64,000 bases of DNA from a candidate division WOR-3 bacterium (GTDB lineage Bacteria > Hydrothermota > Tepidihabitantia > B3-TA06), in assembly GCA_965649265.1 (NCBI GenBank), contig CBFGKC010000012.1, forward strand, positions 35,861 to 99,860, in the 5' to 3' direction. Under the pieces are notes generated by a model. The model saw only the letters and a list, made by a program, of their open reading frames with translations, made no database searches and had not been told where the DNA came from. Position numbers and translations under genes: made by a program. Below are positions 1 through 10,620 of this stretch, piece after piece (within the stretch, counting starts at the first letter, position 1; each line of letters starts with the position of its first letter).

Positions 1-223
1 CCGAGCCGCGCGAACCGGACAGTACGGGCTCTTCTCCCAAGTGCTTTATAAATCGCGATATACGCAAAGTGTTTCCAGCCCGGCAAAGCCCTGGTTCACC
101 TTCAAGCCTTTTTACGCCGCACATGCGTGGGCATAAGTGACACTCCTTTGCAAGGTTATAGGCTTGCTCGATTCTTCGGTCTAACTCGCCTGAACGGAGC
201 AGTGCAAGATACTTCGGTTGCAT
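1..223 (-). CDS. PflX-like radical SAM protein (5' part; runs off the window edge)
   Basis: Not in the ORF track. Manual translation from ATG 223 gives MQPKYLALLRSGELDRRIEQAYNLAKECHLCPRMCGVKRLEGEPGLCRAG...KHLGEEPVLSGSRGS, with the CxxCPRxCxVxRxxGExGxC and HxGEEP motifs of the PflX family. Confidence 0.8.
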   Translation of the reverse strand, partial: MQPKYLALLRSGELDRRIEQAYNLAKECHLCPRMCGVKRLEGEPGLCRAGNTLRISRFIKHLGEEPVLSGSRGS

Positions 224-229
224 GTGTGC

Positions 230-257
230 ATTGTAGTCAAAACTCATAAGGTGTCAA
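230..257 (-). promoter_or_regulatory. sigma70-type promoter, leaderless start
   Basis: TTGACA(257-252)-N16-TACAAT(235-230)-N6-ATG(223). Confidence 0.6.
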
Positions 258-579
258 TAGGTATGAACTTGTATGGCAACAATGACCTCCGAAACCAGGA
301 GATGTTTCGCGATTGTGAATTTCTTTGGGTGAAAAATCGGGGTAAAAAAAAGTGGGACAAAAGATGGACAAAAAAATGGCCAAAAAGAGGGGTAAATTTT
401 AGAGAAATTGCGCATCTTCGTGATTTAGAAGTCAAAAACCATAGCGGAAGTTTTTTGGCTTTTTCGGGCGATTTTGGGCCGTTTTCGAGCAAAAAATGAG
501 AAATTCAGAGGAAGTTTGCCGACTGGAAATTGAAGTCGAGATAAGCTTGAAACTGTCCTCTAGACGGCAAATTGGTTTC

Positions 580-660
580 ACCCTCACCCGGCTTCGCCCC
601 CCTCTTCCGGAGGGCGGCGAGGGGTGTTACGGGTCCCCCTCCTTGGTGGAGGGGGTGAAG
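580..660. repeat. REP-like palindromic cluster
   Basis: CCCTCACCC...CCCTCTTCCGGAGGG...GAGGGG, then GTGTTACGGG, then GGGTCCCCCTCC-TTGGT-GGAGGGGGTGAA. Each piece matches a repeat family seen elsewhere in the window. Confidence 0.55.
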
Positions 661-661
661 C

Positions 662-862
662 CTACCTTGCAATTACGACTTTAGATGCTCCGCTATTTGA
701 ATCCTGCGACACGATGAAATAGACGCCAGACCTCTCCCTGCGCCCCATATGATACTGCCCTGGGTTTGGAGCGAGTGCAGCTCCTCGACTTTGCGGCCCG
801 ATGCGTTGAAGACCCGCGCTCTGAAACCATTGGCACAGTTGGAGTAGCGAAGGGTGATCGTG
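662..862 (-). pseudogene. orphan, frameshifted C-terminal sorting-domain remnant of a secreted protein
   Basis: Translates TITLRYSNCANGFRARVFNASGRKVEELHSLQTQGSIIWGAG, then after a frameshift SGVYFIVSQDSNSGASKVVIAR*. Homologous to the C-termini of 21354-23888, 36138-37847 and 43376-44866; no upstream body. Confidence 0.75.
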
Positions 863-936
863 CTAGCTAGATGGGTAAAGTAGGTACTACAAACTACTCT
901 CTAAGAAATTTTAAGGCCGGGCTCAGGCACAGCATT

Positions 937-1545
937 CTATTTCAAACTAAGTAATCCGTCTCTAAAAACCTGGAAACTTCTTGAACGATTACTGTGCGGA
1001 TTCATATAACTTGATATATTGCGTGCGGTTTCTACTTTCGGTAAACCGCCTTTGTAGTAGCCAGACTTCTGAAGCACTTTTTCTAGAGCTTCCCATGTGC
1101 CACCAGTAATTGCATCCGGGATTCGAAACTTTGCTTTTAGATCAAGATTAGATGGGATTCTTGGATAAGCTTTTTGTATAGCTTCAACATCTCCAAAGAA
1201 CCAGGCTTCAAGTTCTTCTATGGCTATTCGATTCAGAACTAGAAAAGTGCAATTAGATTTTACTGAAGTCTTAGTAATCAAACCAGCATCCTGTGCTGCT
1301 TGCTCCAAAGTTTGTTTCAACATTAGACAATCTTGCTGGTCTTGATCTATCAAAACAACTATTCTCCAATCAATCGGTATCCAGTGTGTATAACCTTTTA
1401 GTCGCTTCGGTATTTTTTTGATCAAATCGGTTTTGCCTTCGTATGGGTGAATATCGAAAGTAACATCTGGAGAGATTATCTTAGGGATAAGATTCTTAAG
1501 TGCTGCTTCAGCTGAGGCTTCTTCAACAAGGAATTCTAGATGCAT
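937..1545 (-). CDS. DUF4276-like (TOPRIM/OLD-related) protein
   Basis: N-terminal FLVEExS, LIDQD (DxD), IEELEAWFFGD and C-terminal NxSxSF motifs; 9 nt downstream of an ABC-type ATPase; visibly AT-richer than its neighbours. Confidence 0.7.
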   Translation of the reverse strand: MHLEFLVEEASAEAALKNLIPKIISPDVTFDIHPYEGKTDLIKKIPKRLKGYTHWIPIDWRIVVLIDQDQQDCLMLKQTLEQAAQDAGLITKTSVKSNCTFLVLNRIAIEELEAWFFGDVEAIQKAYPRIPSNLDLKAKFRIPDAITGGTWEALEKVLQKSGYYKGGLPKVETARNISSYMNPHSNRSRSFQVFRDGLLSLK

Positions 1546-1554
1546 AAGAAAATA

Positions 1555-2799
1555 TTATTTTTCAGGGAATAGCTTAGCTTGCTTTGGTCCACCTGAGTTT
1601 GTTAATGGATCACCAAACTCAAAATGTCCTTCAACCCAGAGATGACCCAGTAGAGCTCCTTCTTTCATAAATCCCTCAATCCCTTTCATATCAAGAGCTC
1701 GTTTGGCATTGGTATACCCTTTATCGTCTCTATAAAGGACCCAGAGTTCTTCCGGTTTCAGTCCATTTACAAAAAAAGGTGAATGGGTAGTTACCATAAG
1801 TTGCGTGCGAGCAGAGGCATTGCGGCATTCTTCTGCTAATTCCGGTAGCAGTCTTGGGTGAAGATGATTCTCAGGTTCTTCAATTCCGATTAATTGAGGA
1901 GGGTCTGGATCATAAAGGAGTGTAAGATAGGCGAGCATCTTTAATGTTCCATCGGATGTAAACTTCGCCAAAATTGGTTTATCAAAAGGCGCATCTTTTA
2001 TTTTCAAAAGGAGTCTGCCGTCTGTCATGATTTCGGCATCCACTTTTTGTAACTTCGGAACCCTATTAGAAAGTACATCTAGTATTCTATTTAATCTGTC
2101 CTCATGTTGCTCTTTTAGGTATTGAATAACATTAGGTAGATTATTCCCAGTTTCGGATAAACGTTCTTGTGCGCTAGCTGGGGGGGTCTCTCTAGTGTTG
2201 TCAGCAGTGATGTAGGAAAGGTACCAACCTGTGATGAAACGACGGAGAGCACTTACGCGAGGGTGTTTTGCAAATTGACCAAGGGTATTTACGGCGATCA
2301 TATCTGGTGAATCTAGTTTCTCTGGATTTCGTTCATCCTCTTCATCAGGGACTTCTCCAGTTACAACATCACCTTCGCCATTTCTGAAATCCAAGAACTT
2401 GAAAGGTTGGCCTCTTTGACCGCGTCGCCATTTTAACCACTCTTCTGCTACGAAAGGTCCTTTTGCCCCTTCATTAATACCGAGATGATAAGTTATAATA
2501 GGTAATTGTGGGTTCTCTTTATATTTCAATTCAATAACTATAGGCCCATCTGATTCACGACTACGTAATTCCTTAAATCTACCTCGCTTATCCCATGCTT
2601 TTCTCAAACCAATCGAAAAACATTCAGACAAAAACGCAAAAACATCGAATATTGTAGATTTACCACTGCCGTTGGGGCCCAAAAAAACAGTCAATGGGGT
2701 AATATTCTTAAATTCTAGGTTTCGAAGAGCGCGATAATTTTCAACACGTAGATATTCAATACGTGGTACAGTTCGTTCTTCTTGTAGTGTGTTTGCCAT
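1555..2799 (-). CDS. AAA_21/ABC-type ATPase
   Basis: Walker A GPNGSGKS, signature-like SDGT, Walker B/D-loop [11 protein letters not shown]-loop TTHSP. Start taken at ATG 2799 after AGAAGGA. Confidence 0.85.
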   Translation of the reverse strand: MANTLQEERTVPRIEYLRVENYRALRNLEFKNITPLTVFLGPNGSGKSTIFDVFAFLSECFSIGLRKAWDKRGRFKELRSRESDGPIVIELKYKENPQLPIITYHLGINEGAKGPFVAEEWLKWRRGQRGQPFKFLDFRNGEGDVVTGEVPDEEDERNPEKLDSPDMIAVNTLGQFAKHPRVSALRRFITGWYLSYITADNTRETPPASAQERLSETGNNLPNVIQYLKEQHEDRLNRILDVLSNRVPKLQKVDAEIMTDGRLLLKIKDAPFDKPILAKFTSDGTLKMLAYLTLLYDPDPPQLIGIEEPENHLHPRLLPELAEECRNASARTQLMVTTHSPFFVNGLKPEELWVLYRDDKGYTNAKRALDMKGIEGFMKEGALLGHLWVEGHFEFGDPLTNSGGPKQAKLFPEK

Positions 2800-2912
2800 A
2801 AGTTCCTTCTTCGAAGTACAGTATATAAGAGGGTTTCCTAATGTCAAGTTTCTTGACTTCCCCTCCCCCCTCAGTAAAATCGATATTGAAAATCCCCAAG
2901 GAGGCCATTTCA

Positions 2913-4592
2913 ATGAAGATAGTCGAGTGCGTACCCAACATATCGGAGGGCAGGGACAAGGCGAAGATTGACGCGGTAACTTCCGTAATAGAGAAGGTTA
3001 AGGGCGTCAAGCTCCTGGACGTTGACCCGGGCGAGGCCACCAACCGTACGGTCATTACCTTCATAGGTGATCCTGATGCGGTGGCAGAGGCGGCGTTCCG
3101 TGTGGTCGAGAAAGCGGCTGAGGTCATTGACATGCGCACGCACAAGGGTGCGCACCCGCGAATGGGCGCGACAGACGTGTGCCCGTTCGTTCCGGTCTCT
3201 GGTGTTACTATGGAGGAGTGCGCGGAGATCGCGCGCAGGGTGGGTAAACGCATCGGCGACGAGCTGGGAATTCCGGTCTATCTCTATGAAGAGGCGGCCT
3301 CCAGGTCGGAGTTTAAGAATCTCGCCAACGCGCGGCAGGGCGAGTACGAGGGGCTTGCGGCCCGAGCAGGCAACGATTACTGGACGCCCGACTATGGTCC
3401 GGCGGAGTTCAACGCCAAGGCGGGCGCGACAGCGGTGGGCGCACGGGAGTTCCTGATAGCCTACAACATCAACCTGAACACGAGGGACAAGAAGATTGCA
3501 AGCGACATCGCGCTCGACATCCGCGACTCGGGCAGGGCGAAGAGGGACGAGGCCGGCAACATCGTGAAGGACAAGGACGGCAAGACCGTGAATGTGCCAG
3601 GGCTGTTCCAGCACGTCAAGGCGGTGGGCTGGACCATCGAGGAGTACGGCCGCGCGCAGATATCGATAAACTTCACGAACTACAAGATTACGCCCATACA
3701 TGTCGTGTTCGACGAATGCACCAGGCAGGCGCAGATGCGCGGCGCTCGCGTGACGGGTTCAGAGTTAGTGGGACTTATTCCGAAACAAGCCCTGATCGAT
3801 GCGGGCAAATACTATCTAGCCAAGATGGGCAAATCCGCCGGCATTCCCGAATCGGAGCTTATACATATCGCCGTACTCACCCTGGGGCTCTCGGATCTTT
3901 ACCCTTTCAAGTCCGGTGAAAAGATAGTCGAGAGCTTCGTCACCAGGGAGGGTAAGCTCGAAGGCATGAAGCTTGCCGACTATTTCGACGAGCTGTCATC
4001 GGATTCGCCTGCTCCCGGCGGAGGCTCGGCCGCGGCGGTTTCGGGCGCGCAGGCGGCCGCGCTCGTGTCCATGGTCGCCAATCTCACCCACGGCAAGAAG
4101 GGCTACGAGGATGCATGGGATGAGATGGAGCGTGTTGCAATCGGGGCTCAAGCGCTCAAGGACGAGCTAAGGAGAACGATAGACCGCGACACCGACGCAT
4201 TCAACGGTTTAATGGACGCGTCCAGACTTCCGAAGAAGACGCCTGAGGAGCAGGCCGCACGCAGCCTGGCGCTCGAGAAGGCAACGCTCGCCGCGATTGA
4301 GGTCCCCCTCTCCGTCGTTCGCAACATGGTCAAGGTCCTCGATCTCGCGCGAGTCACCGCGAAGAAAGGCAATAAGAACTCGATCTCCGACGTTTCGACC
4401 GCGGCCGCCCAGGCGAGAGCGGCGGCAGAAGGAGCGCACGACAACGTAATGATAAACGTGCCCGGACTTGCGGATAAAGAAAGAGGCAAGGCTCTGCTCG
4501 AAGAGTCAAAGACGCTCCTTGAGAAAGTCCGGAAAATGACGGACGAGGTGACGAAAACGGTCCACAAGGTACTCGAGTCGTCGCTGGGCTGA
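2913..4592 (+). CDS. ftcD: glutamate formimidoyltransferase / formiminotetrahydrofolate cyclodeaminase (bifunctional)
   Basis: [14 protein letters not shown] start, [27 protein letters not shown] and C-terminal [10 protein letters not shown] cyclodeaminase domain; RBS AAGGAGG. Confidence 0.93.
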   Translation: MKIVECVPNISEGRDKAKIDAVTSVIEKVKGVKLLDVDPGEATNRTVITFIGDPDAVAEAAFRVVEKAAEVIDMRTHKGAHPRMGATDVCPFVPVSGVTMEECAEIARRVGKRIGDELGIPVYLYEEAASRSEFKNLANARQGEYEGLAARAGNDYWTPDYGPAEFNAKAGATAVGAREFLIAYNINLNTRDKKIASDIALDIRDSGRAKRDEAGNIVKDKDGKTVNVPGLFQHVKAVGWTIEEYGRAQISINFTNYKITPIHVVFDECTRQAQMRGARVTGSELVGLIPKQALIDAGKYYLAKMGKSAGIPESELIHIAVLTLGLSDLYPFKSGEKIVESFVTREGKLEGMKLADYFDELSSDSPAPGGGSAAAVSGAQAAALVSMVANLTHGKKGYEDAWDEMERVAIGAQALKDELRRTIDRDTDAFNGLMDASRLPKKTPEEQAARSLALEKATLAAIEVPLSVVRNMVKVLDLARVTAKKGNKNSISDVSTAAAQARAAAEGAHDNVMINVPGLADKERGKALLEESKTLLEKVRKMTDEVTKTVHKVLESSLG

Positions 4593-4740
4593 GCGGGTAC
4601 TGGTCCGGGAGCAGCCAGTCCGGGGACTCCTCGATCGTTACTACGGAGCGCGGCAAGAGAGGTTTCAAACTCGAGATGGCGGACGGTTAGTTGTGCGGAA
4701 ATAACCATTTTGGAGAGGGATCCGCGGAATGTTCGCCGGC

Positions 4741-4769
4741 TTGACTTTTAACTTGTCGAATTCTATAAT
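4741..4769 (+). promoter_or_regulatory. sigma70-type promoter of valS, leaderless
   Basis: TTGACT-N17-TATAAT-N5-ATG(4775); no SD possible. Confidence 0.7.
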
Positions 4770-4774
4770 ACCGG

Positions 4775-7387
4775 ATGCTGGACGAATTTCCCAAAACATA
4801 CGATCCCAAGGGGATCGAGGAAAGGCTGGTCAAGGCCTGGAAAGACGAGAAACTTTTCACGCCGTCGGGCGACGGCACAAGGGAGAAGTTCGTTCTCGTC
4901 ATCCCTCCGCCAAACGTAACGGGCAAGCTCACGCTCGGCCACGTTCTCGATAACGAGTTGCAGGACATCCTCGTGCGCTTCCACTCGCTTTCAGGAAAGG
5001 AAGCGCTCTGGGTTCCGGGCATGGATCATGCCGGTATAGCGACCCAGGTGGTCGTGGAAAAGAATCTTGCGAAGGAGGGAAAGAAGAAGGAGGATCTTGG
5101 CCGCGAGGGATTCGTCGCCGAGGTCTGGAAGTGGGCGGATAAGCACAAGGGGATAATAAGAACCCAGCACGAACGGCTGGGGTTCGCCGCCGACTGGTCA
5201 CGCGAGCGCTTCACGCTAGATGAGGGGCTTGTCCGGGCAGTGAGGACGGTGTTCAAGCATCTTTTCGACAAGGGGTTGATTTACAGAGGACTGCGGGTCG
5301 TGAACTGGTGCCCGCGCTGCCACACGGCAATCTCCAACGAGGAGACCGAGTACGAGGCTGCGCAGGGCTCACTCTGGTACATACGATATCCACTGGAGGA
5401 CGGCTCGGGTTCGATAACGGTCGCGACCACGAGGCCGGAGACCATGCTGGGCGACACCGCGGTGGCCGTGCATCCGGAGGACCCGAGATACGAAAATTTC
5501 ATTGGCAAGTTCGTGATACTACCTCTCATGGACCGCAAGATTCCGGTGATAGCCGACGAGGCGGTCGAGCGCGAGTTCGGGACGGGCGCCGTCAAGGTCA
5601 CGCCATACCACGACGCATCCGACTTCGCCATGGGCGAACGCCACAAGCTTGAAAAGATAAGGGTGATAGACGAGAAGGGCACGATAACGAAGGAGGGGGG
5701 AGCCTACGCAGGAAAGGACCGCTACGCCGCGCGCAAGGAGATTGTGGCCGATCTGGAGGCGAAGGGTCTGCTCGAAAAGATTGAACCTTACAACCTCTCC
5801 GCAGCCACTTGCTCGCGCTGCCACACGGTCATCGAGCCGCTCTTGTCCGAGCAGTGGTTCTGCACGATGAAGCCTTTAGCCGAGCCCGCCATCAGGGCGG
5901 TGGAGAACGAGGTAATTCGTTTCTATCCCGAGCGCTGGCGCAACCTTTACTTCCACTGGATGCGCAACATCCAGGACTGGTGCATCTCGCGGCAGCTGTG
6001 GTGGGGGCACCGCATCCCCGTTTATACATGCAAGGACTGCGGGCACGCCTTCGCGTCCGTGGATGAGCCGGCGAAATGCGAGAAATGCTCTGGAACCTCG
6101 CTCGCGCAGGATCCCGACGTCCTCGACACGTGGTTCTCCTCCTGGCTGTGGCCGTTCTCCGTGATGGGCTGGCCGGAGAAGACCCCCGATCTCGAGCGCT
6201 ACTACCCGACGACCACGCTCGTTTCGGGCTGGGACATCATCTACCTCTGGGTAGCGCGCATGATAATGGCCGGCCTCGAGTTCACGGGAAAACCCCCGTT
6301 CTCGAACGTCTTCTTCCACGTCATGATCCGCGACGAACGGGGTCGCAAGATGTCGAAGAGCCTGGGGAACTCGCCCGATCCACTGGAGCTTATCGAACGC
6401 CACGGCGCAGATGCCGTCCGCTTCGGGCTCCTTCTCATCACGCCCAAGGAGCAGGACGTTCTCTATTCCGAGGAGCGCATCAAGGTCGGGCGCAACTTCG
6501 CCAACAAGCTCTGGAACTCGGCACGATTGCTCGACTCATTAAGGGACGGCGCAGAGGCTGAGATTCCAGACGATCCCACACCGGCGGAGCGCTGGATGCT
6601 TGCAAGGCTCGGGAGAACCGCTCGCGACGCAAAGCAAATGATAGAATCACACGAACTCTACAACGCGGCCAAGCTGATCTACACGTTCTTCTGGCACGAA
6701 TTCTGCGACTGGGGGCTCGAGTTCACGAAGATCGCGAAGAGGGAGGGACGACCCATATCGGCAGCGCTTTACGCGTTCAAAGCGTCCCTGGCGATGATTC
6801 ACCCCTACATGCCGTTCATAACCGAGGAGTTGTGGGAGCGGTTCGGTTTCTCGGAAACAAGGCTCTTTCACGGCCGCTGGCCGGAGTTGCCGGCGGAATT
6901 CGAGGACGCAAGCAAGGAGGTGGACGCACTCGTGGACATGGTCACTGCCGTTCGTACGGCGCGTTCCGAGCTCGGGATTGCGCCCGACGTTACTGCGCCG
7001 CTCGCCTTGCTAACGGCTGACGACGGGCTCTTCGAATTCTTCGAGAAGAACATGAGTTACCTGGCCCTTGCCAAAGTTGACGCGCTCGAGCGCGTCAAGA
7101 CCAAGCCGCACCCATCTTCGGGCGCCGTGCTTCCATGGGGTGAGGTTTACCTTCCTCTCGCGGCCCTCATCGAGAAGGGAAAGCTGAACCTCGAGGCTGA
7201 ACGTGCAAGGCTTGCCAAGGAATCGTCCAAGCTCGCGAGCCAGATTTCCGGCATCAGGGCCAGACTGGCAAACGAGGAGTTCGTCTCCAATGCGCCCGAC
7301 GAGATAGTTTCAAAGGAGCGTGAAAAACTCGACACCTTCACACGAAAAGTTTCGAGGCTCGCAGAACTTCTGGAGGGTTTGAAATGA
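4775..7387 (+). CDS. valS: valine--tRNA ligase
   Basis: PPPNVTGKLTLGH (HIGH variant), DHAGIATQ, DWCISRQLWWGH, KMSKS and C-terminal coiled coil. Confidence 0.97.
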   Translation: MLDEFPKTYDPKGIEERLVKAWKDEKLFTPSGDGTREKFVLVIPPPNVTGKLTLGHVLDNELQDILVRFHSLSGKEALWVPGMDHAGIATQVVVEKNLAKEGKKKEDLGREGFVAEVWKWADKHKGIIRTQHERLGFAADWSRERFTLDEGLVRAVRTVFKHLFDKGLIYRGLRVVNWCPRCHTAISNEETEYEAAQGSLWYIRYPLEDGSGSITVATTRPETMLGDTAVAVHPEDPRYENFIGKFVILPLMDRKIPVIADEAVEREFGTGAVKVTPYHDASDFAMGERHKLEKIRVIDEKGTITKEGGAYAGKDRYAARKEIVADLEAKGLLEKIEPYNLSAATCSRCHTVIEPLLSEQWFCTMKPLAEPAIRAVENEVIRFYPERWRNLYFHWMRNIQDWCISRQLWWGHRIPVYTCKDCGHAFASVDEPAKCEKCSGTSLAQDPDVLDTWFSSWLWPFSVMGWPEKTPDLERYYPTTTLVSGWDIIYLWVARMIMAGLEFTGKPPFSNVFFHVMIRDERGRKMSKSLGNSPDPLELIERHGADAVRFGLLLITPKEQDVLYSEERIKVGRNFANKLWNSARLLDSLRDGAEAEIPDDPTPAERWMLARLGRTARDAKQMIESHELYNAAKLIYTFFWHEFCDWGLEFTKIAKREGRPISAALYAFKASLAMIHPYMPFITEELWERFGFSETRLFHGRWPELPAEFEDASKEVDALVDMVTAVRTARSELGIAPDVTAPLALLTADDGLFEFFEKNMSYLALAKVDALERVKTKPHPSSGAVLPWGEVYLPLAALIEKGKLNLEAERARLAKESSKLASQISGIRARLANEEFVSNAPDEIVSKEREKLDTFTRKVSRLAELLEGLK

Positions 7388-7959
7388 GATATCTGGGCTG
7401 GATTATTGCGCTTTTAATCGCGGTGGCCGGCGTTGCCGGCTACTTTATCCTTTACGCGCCGCTCGAGCGCGGCTATAAGGAACAAGAGGCCGAAATAAAG
7501 ATGTGGACGACCAAGGTGGCCGCACTCGAGGGAAATCCCATAGACACGAGCGTTCGTCCCGATACCACGCTCTCGAATCCCGATACGACCCCGGTGAAGG
7601 TCGACGGGGGTCTCGTCGGCTCAATATCCGGCGACCTCCTGTTCATTCAATCCGGAGCAGAGCTCACCGCATCTGGTAAGGCCGAGCTTGACAAGCTTCT
7701 CCCCGCGCTCAGGGCGTCTGCGGGCGAAGTGCTTATCATGGCGCACTGGGACAACGTACGCATGTCATCGGACCGCTATCCGACCAACTGGGAACTCACC
7801 TCCGCGCAGGCCGCGTCGGTGGCCCGCTACCTTCTCGCGCAGGGTGTCGATTCAAAGCGGCTCGTTCCATGCGGGCTTTCGGCGGCAAGACCCCTTGCCT
7901 CCAACTCCACCCCGGAAGGCAGGACTAAAAACCGCAGGGTGGAGATATACCTGAGGTAA
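7384..7959 (+). CDS. OmpA/MotB-family peptidoglycan-binding membrane protein
   Basis: N-terminal TM helix; HWDN, NWELTSAQA and NRRVEI motifs; overlaps the valS stop codon. Confidence 0.8.
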   Translation: MRYLGWIIALLIAVAGVAGYFILYAPLERGYKEQEAEIKMWTTKVAALEGNPIDTSVRPDTTLSNPDTTPVKVDGGLVGSISGDLLFIQSGAELTASGKAELDKLLPALRASAGEVLIMAHWDNVRMSSDRYPTNWELTSAQAASVARYLLAQGVDSKRLVPCGLSAARPLASNSTPEGRTKNRRVEIYLR

Positions 7960-8054
7960 AACTCGAGAAATGAACGAAAAGCCTCCAGACTTGCCGCGGT
8001 TGTCGCATTGCCGCATTCAACCCGCGTCGGCCGGGAGATAAACAGGAGAACCTA

Positions 8055-8909
8055 GTGAAGGTCAGATACCTCGTCAATCCGTCTGCCGGGAAAGGCAAGA
8101 CAGGCAAGCACTGGAGACAGATGTTCGCGGGGAAGGGCCTGGACGTCCGGCTCTGCGACGAAGTGGGCATGATAGAGCATTACACCGAAGAGGCCGTAAG
8201 CCAGGGTATCACGAGGATCGTCATAGTGGGCGGCGACGGCTCACTCAACACCGCAGTAAACGCCCTTCACGGCGCAGGGGTTGAACTGGCCATCGTCCCT
8301 ACCGGTTCCGGGAACGATTTCATCCGCACCGCGGGCATCAGCTACGTCGAACCCGAACACTATCTCGAGCCCTTGAGCACGCGCAGGATAGACCTCGGCA
8401 AGGCGGGCGACCGCCTGTTCGTGAACATATTCGGCTCAGGCTTCGATGCAGACGTGGCGCGCGGAATGCAGCAGAACCGCTGGAAGGGTGATTTCGGTTA
8501 TTTCATAGAAGTGATGAAAACGCTTTCCCGCTTCAAATCGCCGACGGTCACGATGGAAACCGAGAGCGAGAAGCTCGAGATCGAGGCGATGACGGTATCC
8601 GTCGGCAACGGCCGCTGGCACGGCGGCATGTTCATGCTTACGCCGGACGCCGATCTCGAAGACGGTCAGCTTGACCTCTGCCTCGTGAGAAAGATCCCCA
8701 AGCTCAGATTCCTCACACTCGTGCCTACATCCGTTAAAGGGAAGCACGTCGAGATTACCGACGTTGTTTCGATGCACCGATTCAAACACTTGAAGCTTTC
8801 CTTCTCCTGTGAGGTCAACTATCACGTTGACGGTGAAGTCCTGCCTGCGACCGCGGACCGGATAGAAATAACCGTCATCCCGAAAGCGCAAGCGATAGTG
8901 ATCCCATGA
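8055..8909 (+). CDS. diacylglycerol/lipid kinase (YegS/BmrU family)
   Basis: NPSAG, GGDGS, PTGSGNDF, GFDA and VDGE motifs. Confidence 0.9.
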   Translation: MKVRYLVNPSAGKGKTGKHWRQMFAGKGLDVRLCDEVGMIEHYTEEAVSQGITRIVIVGGDGSLNTAVNALHGAGVELAIVPTGSGNDFIRTAGISYVEPEHYLEPLSTRRIDLGKAGDRLFVNIFGSGFDADVARGMQQNRWKGDFGYFIEVMKTLSRFKSPTVTMETESEKLEIEAMTVSVGNGRWHGGMFMLTPDADLEDGQLDLCLVRKIPKLRFLTLVPTSVKGKHVEITDVVSMHRFKHLKLSFSCEVNYHVDGEVLPATADRIEITVIPKAQAIVIP

Positions 8910-9463
8910 AACCGCCGCGACAAATGATGACTGTTTTCGTTATTTCTTCAGTCTTTCTTCTCTTTAGCCTGCCCTTTCATGCAAACGGTCAAGCGGTTAC
9001 ACCGGATTCGCTCGGCAACCCAGTCGATTCGCTTGCCCGGGAGGGGAAAAAACCGATCGCTGATACCGCACAAGCCGCAGACCTGAGGTCTTCGCGCACC
9101 GCAATGCTTCTTTCACTCTTCATTCCAGGTGCCGGGCAGGTCTACAATGAAAGCTACTGGAAAGCAGGCATAATCACTGCCGCCGAAGTGACCCTTGCTT
9201 CGCTCGCGGTAAGAGAACATCTTTTACTGACGAATATCTCTACACAGTTGCCCTCAAGCGTTCCGGATTCAATAAGGGAAGACTTGATAACGGGCTACAG
9301 GGATCGCCGCAACGCCTTCGCCTTTCTTGCCGGAGTCGCCATCATCTATTCGATATCCGATGCATACGTGGACGCTCACATGTTTCATTTTCGCGAACAG
9401 CAAACACTCTCCGTTGTCCCGTCCGATCGCGGTCTTGGATTCTCGGCTAAATTGAACTTCTGA
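8906..9463 (+). CDS. DUF5683-like membrane protein
   Basis: Signal peptide, SLFIPGAGQVYN and ISDAYVDAH motifs. Confidence 0.65.
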   Translation: MKPPRQMMTVFVISSVFLLFSLPFHANGQAVTPDSLGNPVDSLAREGKKPIADTAQAADLRSSRTAMLLSLFIPGAGQVYNESYWKAGIITAAEVTLASLAVREHLLLTNISTQLPSSVPDSIREDLITGYRDRRNAFAFLAGVAIIYSISDAYVDAHMFHFREQQTLSVVPSDRGLGFSAKLNF

Positions 9464-9599
9464 GACCCTCCTTGATCCCCAAATACTCGTTGATCGTTCT
9501 CTCTTAGAAGATCCTCTACTTAATTCCGGAAATCCTGGATCGGCAGCGGCGCAGGTTTGTTCGAATGAATGCAAAAAAGAGTATCTTTAGAGAGGAGGA

Positions 9600-9688
9600 G
9601 TGTTACGGGTGTTACGGGTGTTACTTCCTTTGATTCTCCGTTGTTGATGGAAGTGCCCCGCAGGGGTACGGGTGTTATTTCCTTTGAT
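9600..9688 (-). repeat. intergenic copy of the VTP/PLRGTS palindromic element
   Basis: (GGGTGTTAC)n-TTCCTTTGATTC...GGAAGTGCCCC-GCA-GGGGTAC-GGGTGTT; near-identical to 46196-46294 and similar to 54444-54520. Confidence 0.85.
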
Positions 9689-9711
9689 AAAGCTGCATAT
9701 GGAAACGCCCT

Positions 9712-9846
9712 ATGAGATATAGCCATATCTCAAGGGGCGGACCCTGACCTATGGAATACAGATTCATTCCAAGGGTCAGACTCTCTCCTATGGGGACGGG
9801 TTACGGGTGTTACGGGTGTTACAGATGTTATGGGGGGACGGGGTTA
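9712..9846. repeat. hairpins plus a further GGGTGTTAC tandem array
   Basis: TGAGATAT/ATATCTCA and CTGACC..TGGAAT/ATTCCA..GGTCAG inverted repeats; GGTTACGGGTGTTACGGGTGTTAC at about 9799-9822. Confidence 0.6.
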
Positions 9847-10620
9847 CCTGGTCGCGGTCTCCAGACCCGTGCGGATGTCTGCGATGCCTGCGAGGCGGGA
9901 GAAATCCGAGTAGTGCCAGATTCCTGAAAGCTCCTTGTCCTTGATTCTATAAATAACGACACCGAGACCCAGGGATGTCCCGTAGGCCGTAACGAAAAGG
10001 TTGTTAATCGTGAAACCGGTGCCGAAGAGAGGAGGATCCTCTATTTGCCATTCGACGGCGTATGTGGGACCGGTCTGGTCAATCTTGAGAACGCCCTTGT
10101 AGCTGCTGCCGTTGGGATTTGTGCCCGTAAGCGTCCATGTGCCGGAGAGCTTGAGCGTAGAGTATTTGAGATCGGGTGCGCCCTCCGATTTCTCCCAGAC
10201 GTACTTGTCGTCGCCTGCTCCGACCTTGAGTCCCGATATGCCGCTGCCGGACTTCTGGTATACGGCCACGCCGACGCGCTTACCCCTGGGAAGATTTATT
10301 TCGTATGCCGCACCAAGATACCCGTCAACCTCGAGACCGTTGCCGTAGTAGGTCTCACCCGAGGACGTCTTCCAGCAAAGATTATACCCTTTCTCCACCC
10401 GTCTTATCAAGAGCGTATCGGCGGAGCCGTTCCATTGATTAACGAGGTAAGTCCCCGAAAAATCGACAGGCTCGACCTTGGTGACCGCGTCCTTGTTCTG
10501 TTTCTTTCCGGCGACCTCAAGAAGGCTTTCGATTCTCCAGCCGTTGAGCGAGATTAGCCACACGAGACCTATGGCAATAACGAGAAGGAAAAAGATCAAG
10601 ACACCCCAGGGCTTGCGCAT
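9844..10620 (-). CDS. membrane-anchored protein with two tandem beta-rich domains (paralog 1)
   Basis: Start MRKPWG after AAGGAG; repeated pattern G.Y...G.L.I...G..Y...W...Y.G.G...L.G.W. Confidence 0.7.
   Translation of the reverse strand: MRKPWGVLIFFLLVIAIGLVWLISLNGWRIESLLEVAGKKQNKDAVTKVEPVDFSGTYLVNQWNGSADTLLIRRVEKGYNLCWKTSSGETYYGNGLEVDGYLGAAYEINLPRGKRVGVAVYQKSGSGISGLKVGAGDDKYVWEKSEGAPDLKYSTLKLSGTWTLTGTNPNGSSYKGVLKIDQTGPTYAVEWQIEDPPLFGTGFTINNLFVTAYGTSLGLGVVIYRIKDKELSGIWHYSDFSRLAGIADIRTGLETATR

Noticed and set aside
218-684. ORFs 218-499, 244-492 and 496-684
   Set aside because: Low-complexity or repeat-derived frames overlapping the PflX promoter and REP cluster, without recognisable motifs.
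9520-9726. 68-aa ORF as a real gene
   Set aside because: It is mostly the open frame of the palindromic element, with no RBS or promoter support.
9600-9846. GGGTGTTAC repeats as a CRISPR array
   Set aside because: Units are 9-15 bp tandem repeats without unique 30-40 bp spacers, and no cas genes are present.
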